DNA of 64,000 nt from an uncultured Nitrososphaerales archaeon (GTDB lineage: Archaea > Thermoproteota > Nitrososphaeria > Nitrososphaerales > Gagatemarchaeaceae). How positions within the stretch are numbered: position 1 is the first letter of the stretch; the number at the start of each line of letters is the position of its first letter. Location of the stretch: contig OY970160.1 in assembly GCA_963706445.1 (NCBI GenBank), forward strand, positions 512,001 to 576,000, given 5' to 3'. Shown piece after piece: positions 27,970 to 36,316 of this stretch. A program made the position numbers and the translations under genes. The notes below the pieces were generated by a model that did no database searches, was not told the DNA's origin, and saw nothing but the letters and a program-made list of their open reading frames with translations.

Positions 27970-28400
27970 CCCCTGAAGGCGCTTAGGAGCGCCGCCTTCT
28001 CGACATTTCCAAGCTCTTCCTCCGACAGTTCATTTTTTGGAATCTCCTGGAGTCCTGGGGCCGCCTTCACCCTGCGCGGACCTGCGACGACGACGATGAA
28101 CGGTTCTCCTGCCTTCGCTCCCTTCTCCCTTATGGCCCGGGCAATCTGGGTCGTCCCGGCTGCTCTGAGCAACAGGTCGATCTCCGGCTTCTTTGCCAGG
28201 AGGCTTTCAGTCGACTGAGCATGAAAAGACTGGGCGGCCAGGAGCCGCAGGTATGCCGGGTTCCCATCCGTGTTCGACCTCAATGACTGAACCAAGTAGC
28301 CCGGGTTGAGCTCGGCTAGGCGCGACTTCGCCTCTTCCGGCTTGTCTCCGAGGCCGAACAGGAAGGCCCTGACGAATATCCTCAGCCAATCACCCGCCAT
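27966..28400 (-). CDS. cgi121: KEOPS complex subunit Cgi121-like
   Basis: LLAKKPEIDLLLRAAGTTQIARAI..G motif. Confidence 0.7.
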   Translation of the reverse strand: MAGDWLRIFVRAFLFGLGDKPEEAKSRLAELNPGYLVQSLRSNTDGNPAYLRLLAAQSFHAQSTESLLAKKPEIDLLLRAAGTTQIARAIREKGAKAGEPFIVVVAGPRRVKAAPGLQEIPKNELSEEELGNVEKAALLSAFRG

Positions 28401-28647
28401 GGGAGAACGGTATCAGGGCGACCCGCTGTCCCTCCTTCAACTCCCGGCTCGAGCCCGCCGCGACGAAGGCCTCCCCATCCTCCACCATCACAATCGTGTT
28501 GTATCTGTTGAATCCGGGCAAAGGTTCTCTAGACATGCCCCTCACCCTGTCGACCAGCTCGGCGGCGCCAATGTGCGAAGTATCGACAGTAACTTCCTTG
28601 GAGCCTACGCTTGTACCTATATGGCCGAAACAGAGGACCACAATCAA
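28390..28647 (-). CDS. MoaD/ThiS/SAMP ubiquitin-like protein
   Basis: 85 aa, ends LIPFSHGG. Confidence 0.8.
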   Translation of the reverse strand: MIVVLCFGHIGTSVGSKEVTVDTSHIGAAELVDRVRGMSREPLPGFNRYNTIVMVEDGEAFVAAGSSRELKEGQRVALIPFSHGG

Positions 28648-29465
28648 TCCTGATTCAGAAGAAGTAGCCTTTCCTTATACCTTCTTCCCTCGTATTCGGC
28701 ACCCGGAGGCAGGAGCCTCTCCGTCCTTCCTTCGAGCCTCTTCCGAAGCGTTGCGCCCGTCGCTTCGTTGAGCTCTTTCACCGGAAAGTTCACCGCGACC
28801 GGTCGGGGGTCGATGACGTGCATGGATGTCTTGCAGGGGAACAGCTTCCCCGATCTCGCTGCGTTCACGACGTCCTCCTTTCTTAACTTCCGAAGCAGTG
28901 CGACGAAGTTCCTCTCCGTCTGCAACGGCACGTCTATGTCATCCTCGGGGACGAACCGTCTCTTCCAGCCTCTTTCCTCCGACATACGGTCGAGTGCAAG
29001 GACCATGTCTGTCGCCTGACCCATATCCAACGGAGTTTCGGGAAGATAAGCGGCGTTCTCCGTCAGCACAGCCAACCCCGACTGCCGGTCGTCGAGGGCC
29101 TCGAAGGCCTGAGCCAGGGTCACCCTGCGTCTCAGATCGGCCACTTCCAGGGCCTCCGAGAGGGCGTCTCCGCCTGACAGTGTGTAGATCCTGGCCCATC
29201 TTCCAAGGCTAACCGTCGAAGAGCTGTACTCCACCGAGCAGCAGACTGCGTTTTCACATCCAAGGGACTGGAAGGCGGCGAGCCTGTGCATCCCGTCCAG
29301 GACAGTCAGGGTGTCGTGGTCGATAATGATGGGGTCCTTCTGCACGCCTTCGCGCATGATGTCCGCCTTGAGCCCTTCGACGTGCGAATGGATTATTTCC
29401 TCATGGGGGCGAAGTGCCGCGACTGGCTTGACGGCAAGGATAAACCCCGCCTTCGCCAGGGCCAA
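28644..29465 (-). CDS. ParB/Srx-fold protein, SerK-like (free serine kinase family)
   Basis: LRPHEE, PIIID, VLDGMHR, SGKLFPCKTSMH. Confidence 0.6.
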   Translation of the reverse strand: MALAKAGFILAVKPVAALRPHEEIIHSHVEGLKADIMREGVQKDPIIIDHDTLTVLDGMHRLAAFQSLGCENAVCCSVEYSSSTVSLGRWARIYTLSGGDALSEALEVADLRRRVTLAQAFEALDDRQSGLAVLTENAAYLPETPLDMGQATDMVLALDRMSEERGWKRRFVPEDDIDVPLQTERNFVALLRKLRKEDVVNAARSGKLFPCKTSMHVIDPRPVAVNFPVKELNEATGATLRKRLEGRTERLLPPGAEYEGRRYKERLLLLNQD

Positions 29466-29469
29466 AGGC

Positions 29470-29688
29470 CTACGCCTTCTGTTCTTCAGCGGATTCAGGC
29501 GCTTCTTCGGCGAGGTCCCGCTTGAGCGACTTCGCGAGGTACCCAGCTATTCTGTTTCTCAGCATCTTGGACGGAATCAACGCAATGTCCTCAAGCGCTT
29601 TCTTGTTCTTCTCAAAGTCTATTCCGAAGGCTTCAGGGTGCCGCTGCAGGAGTTCCTCTGATAGCCTCCGAGTTCTGTCCAACTTCAT
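29470..29688 (-). CDS. rps17e: 30S ribosomal protein S17e
   Basis: F..DFEKNKK...SKMLRNRIAGY. Confidence 0.92.
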   Translation of the reverse strand: MKLDRTRRLSEELLQRHPEAFGIDFEKNKKALEDIALIPSKMLRNRIAGYLAKSLKRDLAEEAPESAEEQKA

Positions 29689-29711
29689 TCAAGCCCGATT
29701 GGGTGCCATGA

Positions 29712-30449
29712 TTAACCTTTCTCGCTTGAACCCAGGAATCTCGCCGCATTATGCACAGTCCGCTCCCTCGCCTCGTCAAACGTGACCTTCCAGACCTCAG
29801 CGAGCTTGAACACCACCGACGGGATCAGCGACGGCCCGTGGCCACCCCCTAGGGGCTTGTATCGGATGGGCGAGTCGGACTCCGTGAGGACCTGGGCTGG
29901 ATCCAGACGCCGGGCCATTCTCTGCAGCTTTTTGGAATACAATACCGCCGGTCCGAAGGAGACGTAGTAGCCGCGTGCTACCACCTCTGAGAGGAGGCTT
30001 TCGCCCTCAAACCAGTGCATCAGCACCCCATTCAGCTTGAAGCTCCCCAGGACGTCCAAAGTCGCCCTCTCAGCGTCCCTGGCGTGGACCTGGACGGGCT
30101 TTTGGTGCCTCTGAGCCGCCTCCAGTTGGGCCAGCAGTACCTCCATCTGTTTCCCCCTCAGGCCCGTCGAGGAGTATTTCGGGTCAAGCCCGATTTCCCC
30201 GATCCCTGCCGCTCTGGCGAGCGACTGTCCAAGCCATTGCAGCCCCTCGGTCTTTGCCGATTCTGAGGGGTGGATTCCTATGAATGCTCGGACCGTCTCA
30301 GGGTGCGTTTTAGCAAGTGCAGTGACCCTAAGGGATGTGCTTTCATCGATTCCGCAAGCCAAGAGCGTGGTTTGATTCGCCTGGGCAAGAGACAGCTCGG
30401 CTGGGACGTCGGTTCCGTCCAAGTGAAGGTGCGAATCGACAAAACGCAC
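29712..30449 (-). CDS. tatD: TatD-family hydrolase
   Basis: DSHLH, GIHP, IGEIGLD, VHAR, HWF, TESDSP. Confidence 0.9.
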   Translation of the reverse strand: MRFVDSHLHLDGTDVPAELSLAQANQTTLLACGIDESTSLRVTALAKTHPETVRAFIGIHPSESAKTEGLQWLGQSLARAAGIGEIGLDPKYSSTGLRGKQMEVLLAQLEAAQRHQKPVQVHARDAERATLDVLGSFKLNGVLMHWFEGESLLSEVVARGYYVSFGPAVLYSKKLQRMARRLDPAQVLTESDSPIRYKPLGGGHGPSLIPSVVFKLAEVWKVTFDEARERTVHNAARFLGSSEKG

Positions 30450-30650
30450 GCTTGCGCATGGCGAGGGTGGTATTTCAGCCCACGCTATGGCCTACCGACG
30501 CAAAGCGGAACGTAGGAACGAAGGTGTGCGGTTTTTCCACCTATTTTCGGAATAGGGGTGAAGTTGAGTTCTTTGGGGCCGAAAAAGGTCAGGGAAGCGG
30601 GCCAAAACGGCCAAAGGTTTTTAAATATACCGCGTGGATTGCAAAGGCGA

Positions 30651-30878
30651 ATGTCCAGTTCTGAGTTCGGCCTTGCGGCTGTCTACAGGGTGATAAAGAA
30701 GGCCGGCGCAGAAAGGGTTGGAGACGACGCAGCCATCGAGCTGAGGACGGAGCTCGAGTCCGTCGGGATGCAGATCTCGAAGGCGGCTGTCGAGCTGGCG
30801 GCCCACGCCGGAAGGAAGACGGTTAAGCCCTCAGACATCAAACTGGCTGCAAAGTCTGTCCTCAAGCAGAACCAGTAG
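30651..30878 (+). CDS. Archaeal histone (HMf family)
   Basis: [15 protein letters not shown]...[14 protein letters not shown]; TTTTAAATA TATA about 30 nt upstream. Confidence 0.93.
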   Translation: MSSSEFGLAAVYRVIKKAGAERVGDDAAIELRTELESVGMQISKAAVELAAHAGRKTVKPSDIKLAAKSVLKQNQ

Positions 30879-30970
30879 AGCCTTCTAGCCTGCGATATCT
30901 GATAACACCCCGTTTACACCCAATTTTCCCGGCACAACCACTATATTGACTACGTTTCGAGGCTGGCCGA

Positions 30971-31045
30971 GCCCCGGTGGTGTAGCCCGGTCAAGCATGT
31001 TACCCTCTCGAGGTAGCGACGCGAGTTCAAATCTCGCCCGGGGCA
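30971..31045 (+). tRNA. tRNA-Glu(CTC), provirus integration target
   Basis: GCCCCGG/CCGGGGC acceptor, anticodon loop CTCTCGA, T arm GCGAG-TTCAAAT-CTCGC. Confidence 0.93.
31035..31045 (+). repeat. attL core CGCCCGGGGCA
   Basis: Last 11 nt of tRNA-Glu, repeated exactly at 63779-63789. Confidence 0.8.
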
Positions 31046-31098
31046 CTGTACCTGCGGGTTATATTCTCCTCCGCGGGTACACTGCTGGGTGGAGTGAG

Positions 31099-32245
31099 TT
31101 GACCGCGAAGTCCCTGCTGGCGCTGCTGCCAGACCACGACAGGGCCACCGTCGAGGAGTTCGTCGTCTCCATCTCGCCCATGAGCGAGGTCAGGCTGCAG
31201 AAGTACCGCGCCTACCTCGGCAGGATGGCCACCTGGATCGGTAAGCCCCTGGAGGAGACGACCCGCAAGGACCTGGTCCGCGTCTGGCACGAGATCGACT
31301 CCATGGACGCTGAGCTCTGGACCAAGCGCGACTACGGCATGATGATCAAGCGCTTCTTCAGGTGGTTCAGGAACGAGGAGTTCGTCAAGGGGTTCAAGGT
31401 CCAGAGCGGCAGGGAGACGGTGGGGCCCGAGGACATCCTCACTGACGAGGAGCTGTTCAGAGTGTACCAGGCGTGCTACTCCCTCAGGGACAAGGCCCTC
31501 TCCTGCACGGCCTACGAGGCTGCCCTGAGGCCCCATGAGCTCATCAGGCTCAGGAAGACCGACGTCGCCCTGGACGACTACGGGGCCGTGGTCTACGTCC
31601 GGCCGGCCGCGACGGACTCGAACGCCAAGACGGGCGCCAGGAGGGTCAGGGTCGTGAACGCGGCTCCGCTGCTGGCCAACTGGATCGAGAACCACCCGCT
31701 CAAGGACAGGGACGCGCCCCTCTGGGTCGACATGAGCTCTAATACGACCTTCGAGCAGCTGAAGTGGACGGGGTACAGGAGGATAGTGCAGCGCTGGGCG
31801 CGGACCGCGAAGATAGAGAAGAAGTTCACGGCCTACCTGTTCAGGCACACGAGGCTGACGCACCTCGCCAAGTTCATGACCGAGGCCCAGCTCTGCATTT
31901 TCGCCGGGTGGAGCATCGGGTCGAAGATGCCCAGGATGTACGTCCACCTCTCGGGGAAGGACGTCGACGACTCTCTGCTGAAGGCCTACGGGCTGAAGAA
32001 GGAAGAGGAGCTCGAGGCCGAAGGTCCCGAGGAAGTGCGTCAGGTGCGGGGCGATGGCCAACGCGGAGGCCGAGACCTGCTCCAAGTGCGGCATGGCCAT
32101 GAGCCTGACGGCCGCCATGAAGAAAGATGAGGAGTTCGAAGAGATGCAGCGGAAGATGTCTGTCGTCCTGGACTGGATCAAGGGGCAGAAGGGCGGGGAG
32201 AAGGTCCTGCACCTGAAGCCCGGTGACATCCAGCCGAGTGCATGA
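31099..32245 (+). CDS. Tyrosine integrase; C-terminal Zn ribbon out of frame (+1 shift near 32015)
   Basis: ALRPHE, AKTG, YLFRH, GW, MYVHL catalytic motifs; CVRCG...CSKCG continues in the 32054-32245 frame; main frame stops at 32130. Confidence 0.88.
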
Positions 32246-32284
32246 CATTAACCTTAAGTGTGTTGGACGCATCGAACTCGAAGC

Positions 32285-32887
32285 ATGCCGGGCGAGCATC
32301 TGCAGGAGACCACCGTAGAAGACCTCAGGCACTCGAAGAAGGTCGCCGGTGAGCTCAACCCGGTGGTCATCGACAAAAGGACGGGCAAGGTCGTCTCCGG
32401 GGAGCACCGCCTGGAGGCCGGCTGGAAGAAGATCGTCTACATAGAGACCAAGGACGACGCCGAGTTCCACAGGCTCAGGATGCACTACAACCTGCAGCGC
32501 AGGCTGGCGCCTGACGAATGGTCGAATGAGTTCATCGAGTATGCCGAGGCGCTCATCAAGACAGGGCTCCCATATCCGGAGGTCCTGAAGGAGCTCCTCG
32601 AAAACGCCCCGTTCAAGGACAAGAAGTACGCCTACGAGTTCATCCCGGACTACCTGAAGAGCAACGAAGGGAGGCCTCGCCAGTTTCAGGAATCTGAAAC
32701 TCAGGCTCCGGAGCCTTTCACCCACGGAGGCTTCACCTTCGGGCCGAAGGACGAGGCCCCTGCCGCCAAGATAGGCGGCCTCGACTCCCACGAGTTCTGT
32801 CCCGAGTGCGGGCGCAAGGTAGAAGTCACGTGCAAGGGCTGTGGGACGCCGCTCAGGTCAACGAACAGCGGCTACGTCAAAGCATGA
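32285..32887 (+). CDS. ParB/Srx-like protein with C-terminal Zn ribbon
   Basis: GELNPVVID...VVSGEHRLEA; CPECG..CKGCG; CTTAAG TATA-like box upstream. Confidence 0.65.
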   Translation: MPGEHLQETTVEDLRHSKKVAGELNPVVIDKRTGKVVSGEHRLEAGWKKIVYIETKDDAEFHRLRMHYNLQRRLAPDEWSNEFIEYAEALIKTGLPYPEVLKELLENAPFKDKKYAYEFIPDYLKSNEGRPRQFQESETQAPEPFTHGGFTFGPKDEAPAAKIGGLDSHEFCPECGRKVEVTCKGCGTPLRSTNSGYVKA

Positions 32888-33210
32888 GCAAGTACTCGAC
32901 GCACCGGTACTGCGGGAGCTGCTACGGCTGGCACAGGATAGACGGGAGGCCCTGCGAGGCGTGCTGGGGGGATGTCGTCTGCGCGAGGTGCGGCACGCAT
33001 GGACCCGTCCCCGACGGCAAGAACATCGTCTGCCAGAAGTGCGGCCAGACCGACACGCTCCCCTGGCGGCTCTATCGGCGGTTCATACATCCACGAGACT
33101 TGAAGAAATGTCCGAGATGTGGGAGGCTCCTCAGGATGTCCCAGAGGGACGACCGCAGGGCGAACGGCCTGAAGCGCGCCGCGCCGAAGCTCGTCATCCA
33201 GAGTTCTTGA
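32884..33210 (+). CDS. Cys-rich protein with five CxxC motifs
   Basis: CGSC, CEAC, CARC, CQKC, CPRC; ATGA overlap. Confidence 0.6.
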   Translation: MSKYSTHRYCGSCYGWHRIDGRPCEACWGDVVCARCGTHGPVPDGKNIVCQKCGQTDTLPWRLYRRFIHPRDLKKCPRCGRLLRMSQRDDRRANGLKRAAPKLVIQSS

Positions 33211-33508
33211 TTCCCAGGTGCTCCATCATCCTCGCCTGCTGTTGCTCGATTTTGCCGAGCCTCTCTTCGAGGCGTCTGACCGCGTTCGCTTCGAGCGACC
33301 TTATCCGGTCGTCGAGCCTATTGTAGTCGTTCCTTCCCTGCCTTTCGAGGATGGCGTAGCCTCCGATGATCATGGAGGCGAGCAGGAGGTCGCTGGCCGT
33401 GAACAGGGTGTCCGAGGGGCTGGATAGAGGGATTTGGAGCCACGTCATGCCGTTGACGACTGCCCAGATGACTGTCAGAGCCTTCAGGACCAGAGGGAGG
33501 GCGGTCAT
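33194..33508 (-). CDS. Small 2-TM plus coiled-coil protein (holin-like)
   Basis: Two hydrophobic helices and a charged coiled C-terminus at the end of the late operon. Confidence 0.45.
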   Translation of the reverse strand: MTALPLVLKALTVIWAVVNGMTWLQIPLSSPSDTLFTASDLLLASMIIGGYAILERQGRNDYNRLDDRIRSLEANAVRRLEERLGKIEQQQARMMEHLGIKNSG

Positions 33509-34143
33509 GGGACGCTCTCGACTTCGATGAACGAGCCCGCTTTTACCTTGTCCGTGGTCACGCCATCGACCACGTCAATCTGGAGCGTCGTGGCGGTGCT
33601 CCCCACCGTGACCAGCCCTACGATCTCCAGCCAGGCCTGGTTAGACCCGTTGGCGGGGTTGGTCCCGATGTTCGTGGTGACGGCCGTCACTACCTCGCTG
33701 AACCATGCCGCGCCTGAAGCGGTCTGGTAGTGCTGGCCCACCCAGACGAGGCTCGCTCCAGCTGCGAGGGCGTGGATTTGGAAGAATATCTGGCCGGTGT
33801 TCGGGGAGACGTAGAGGAGGGCCCTGAAGCGGTAGGTCAGGCTCGGACCGAGCGGGATGGCCACCCCAGAACTCTTCGACCCGATGCTGGTCGAGACGTC
33901 CGACGTGCTCCTGAAGGTCTGGGGTATGTTCAGCGGGACCCAGGCCGTGTTCCCGACGTTCCTCTGGTAGAGGACTCCTGCCGTGAACCCTCCGGTACTG
34001 TCTGTGCTTAACGCCAGCTGACCCGGATACGCCGTGGCTGCTGCAATGTGCGTGCCCGTGTCGACGAGCAGGACCTTCTGGTTCCACCTCGCAGCGGCGA
34101 CCGGGCTCTCGCCGTCGACGAAGACTCCGCCTCCGCTTGTCAA
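33505..34143 (-). CDS. Putative tail fibre/receptor-binding protein
   Basis: Gly/Thr-rich beta protein ending VKAGSFIEV; TTGA overlap. Confidence 0.5.
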   Translation of the reverse strand: MTSGGGVFVDGESPVAAARWNQKVLLVDTGTHIAAATAYPGQLALSTDSTGGFTAGVLYQRNVGNTAWVPLNIPQTFRSTSDVSTSIGSKSSGVAIPLGPSLTYRFRALLYVSPNTGQIFFQIHALAAGASLVWVGQHYQTASGAAWFSEVVTAVTTNIGTNPANGSNQAWLEIVGLVTVGSTATTLQIDVVDGVTTDKVKAGSFIEVESVP

Positions 34144-34394
34144 AGCCCAATCACCATGAATCCTATCGTCATGGCGCACTTCCCGCCTGCAGCTGCGCCG
34201 ATGCAGAAGCCCGTGCACCCGACGTCGCCGTGGCCGGTGGCGTCCGTGTATCCCGAGCCTTCGCCTGCCGGGGTGGTCGCTATGTAGTTCACCATCGTCG
34301 AAATCGTGATGCCCAGGGAGTCGAGCCTCTTGATTTCGGCGTCCATCTTGGCCAGGACGTCGGCTGCGTCCGTCTCCCTGTTGACGGAGCTCAT
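34140..34394 (-). CDS. Small virion-associated protein
   Basis: ATGA overlap; N-terminal helix similar to that of the upstream gene. Confidence 0.45.
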   Translation of the reverse strand: MSSVNRETDAADVLAKMDAEIKRLDSLGITISTMVNYIATTPAGEGSGYTDATGHGDVGCTGFCIGAAAGGKCAMTIGFMVIGL

Positions 34395-35689
34395 GCCAGG
34401 GGCACCGGGGCCGTGAAGGCCGTTATCGGCTGGCTCGTGACCCCGTAGATTCCCGACTGCTGAATCTTCCTCATGCCTGCCTGGAGCCCGGGGCATTTGA
34501 GCGCGATTACGGTTATGTTAGTCGACTCGATTGGGTCTCCTCCCTGCTGGCTCGTGTCGGTGTAGGGCGTCCCGTAGCCGTCCGGGAGCGAACCGTCTCC
34601 GCTCTGGGCCTGCAGGAGGACCAGCGAGTTGATGACCTGTGCCAGCGTGACCCCTCTCGAGTTAGTAGGGCTGAGGTTCAGGAGGGTCGCCAGCTGAGTG
34701 TAGGCCGCCAGGCTCCTCGTTGTGTAAGGCGGGCTTCCGGCTCCTGTCGTCAGGTTGGCAGCCGTGCCGAACTGGACGCAGCCGTCGCTTCCCATGTAGG
34801 CGAGCTTCCCCATGTTCGTCAGGGTCTGCGTGGCCAGCGAGACCTGGTTCCGCAGGAACAAGTTCATCCCCTGATAACCGCCGTCCGGGATCGCGCTCGT
34901 GCTGACGTTGATCGCCCCGTTGGCGAGGGTCTGGTTGCAGGTCGGGAGCCAGAAGTAGCCAGGCCACGGGACGCCTGCGTCGGCTCCTCCAGGGGTCCAG
35001 AGAGTCGTCCGGTCTGCGTGGGTGACGGGGCTCGCCCCGAAGATGCTGAAGACGTGGCCCAGGGGAGCCGTCGCCCAGCCGATGGCCGTGGTGCCGTCCA
35101 TGCCGATGTTCGTGTTCTTCTTCGAGTAGGGGATTATCCTGCCCGTGAACGAGTCGTCGTTCCAGGTGTCGTGATATGGGATTCCGTCCCTGGTCGGAGG
35201 CATGAAGGCCGCGCTGTTCAGAGAGGCGACTGCGCTGAAGACCCTGCCAGAGATGTCTCCGTAGGTAGTCCCTGCGTAGTTCTCCCTGATGCCGTAGGCG
35301 ATCTTCAGGTTCTCGTTGGGCTCATAGGTGTAGAACTTCGGAGTCCCGACCGACGGGTGGGCCGAGTCTTTGTAGTAGCATCCGGTCGACAACGGGGTAG
35401 ACCCTGTCTTGGTCGTGCCCTGTCCGATGAGGTTGACCGTGGGGTTCCATCCGGCCGTCAGGAAGTTGATGGCTGCCTTGGCGTCGAACGAGTTCGACGG
35501 GGAGCCGACGGTCGCTGTGGCGACGTCTGTGAACCCTGCCCCTTCGCCAAGGAGCTGGGCGAGGTAGTTGCCTCCTCCTCCGCCGCCGAAGGACCCCGTG
35601 AGCTGGGTCTTGGCGCTTATCCTCTTGAGCGATGCATTGTAGGCCGCTATCAGGTCGGCGACGTTCTGGGGCCTGTTCGTGCTCGTCAC
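34391..35689 (-). CDS. Minor tail protein, possible enzymatic alpha-helical domain
   Basis: GTGA overlap; poly-Gly linker; C-terminal LLQAQSGDGSLP motif. Confidence 0.5.
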   Translation of the reverse strand: MTSTNRPQNVADLIAAYNASLKRISAKTQLTGSFGGGGGGNYLAQLLGEGAGFTDVATATVGSPSNSFDAKAAINFLTAGWNPTVNLIGQGTTKTGSTPLSTGCYYKDSAHPSVGTPKFYTYEPNENLKIAYGIRENYAGTTYGDISGRVFSAVASLNSAAFMPPTRDGIPYHDTWNDDSFTGRIIPYSKKNTNIGMDGTTAIGWATAPLGHVFSIFGASPVTHADRTTLWTPGGADAGVPWPGYFWLPTCNQTLANGAINVSTSAIPDGGYQGMNLFLRNQVSLATQTLTNMGKLAYMGSDGCVQFGTAANLTTGAGSPPYTTRSLAAYTQLATLLNLSPTNSRGVTLAQVINSLVLLQAQSGDGSLPDGYGTPYTDTSQQGGDPIESTNITVIALKCPGLQAGMRKIQQSGIYGVTSQPITAFTAPVPLA

Positions 35690-36285
35690 GTGGACGATGC
35701 ACCCGTCCACTGAAGGGTGGTCGTCAGGGTCGAGTTCGCCGGGTAGGTGATCGTCGGCGAGTAGAGCGCGCGTTGGAGCATGGACCCGCCCGTGATGAGG
35801 TTGAAGATCCCCTCCTCGGCGATGGTGTTGCCGCAGGCTGGCGAGGTGTTCGGGAAGAAGGCGTCTATCTCCATGCCTTTCCCGGACGAAATCGTAAAGA
35901 TGTTCGAGGCGTTGACCCTGTCCTTCTCTGTCTGTAGGGCCGAGTCTCCGGCTGCCGGCGCGGTCGAGCCCGTGCCTATGGCCTGATACTTCGGGAGGCT
36001 GCTCGACGTCCCGATGAGGATGCTGACGACCAGGACCAGGCCGTCGTCGACCGTCTTGTTGTGTGGGGCCCAGAGTCGCCTCGGCAGGGTCCGCCCGAGG
36101 ATCTTTCTCGGCGTGCAGAGCCTTCCCCAGCTGGCGAGGACCCTGTCCTTCTCGAGCTCGTGCATCAGGCCGACAGAGAGGTCCTTCTTGCCGAACAGGC
36201 TCCGGTAGTGGTCATAGCTCGGGACCGTGTCCGGGTTCCAAGCCATGCCCCAGCCAGTCCCTTTGAACAGAACACCCTCTTTCAT
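35686..36285 (-). CDS. Tail/baseplate structural protein (fibre-attachment-like)
   Basis: AIGTGSTAP..GD.AL.TE and IAEEGIF...GSML.R motifs seen in phage fibre N-terminal domains. Confidence 0.55.
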   Translation of the reverse strand: MKEGVLFKGTGWGMAWNPDTVPSYDHYRSLFGKKDLSVGLMHELEKDRVLASWGRLCTPRKILGRTLPRRLWAPHNKTVDDGLVLVVSILIGTSSSLPKYQAIGTGSTAPAAGDSALQTEKDRVNASNIFTISSGKGMEIDAFFPNTSPACGNTIAEEGIFNLITGGSMLQRALYSPTITYPANSTLTTTLQWTGASST

Positions 36286-36316
36286 ACCCGCGATTTCTCC
36301 GGACGGCTCTTTAACA

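Noticed and set aside
30946-31098. N-terminal extension of the integrase ORF through the tRNA
   Set aside because: It overlaps tRNA-Glu and its promoter; TTG 31099 after GGAGTGAG is the more plausible start in the integrated state
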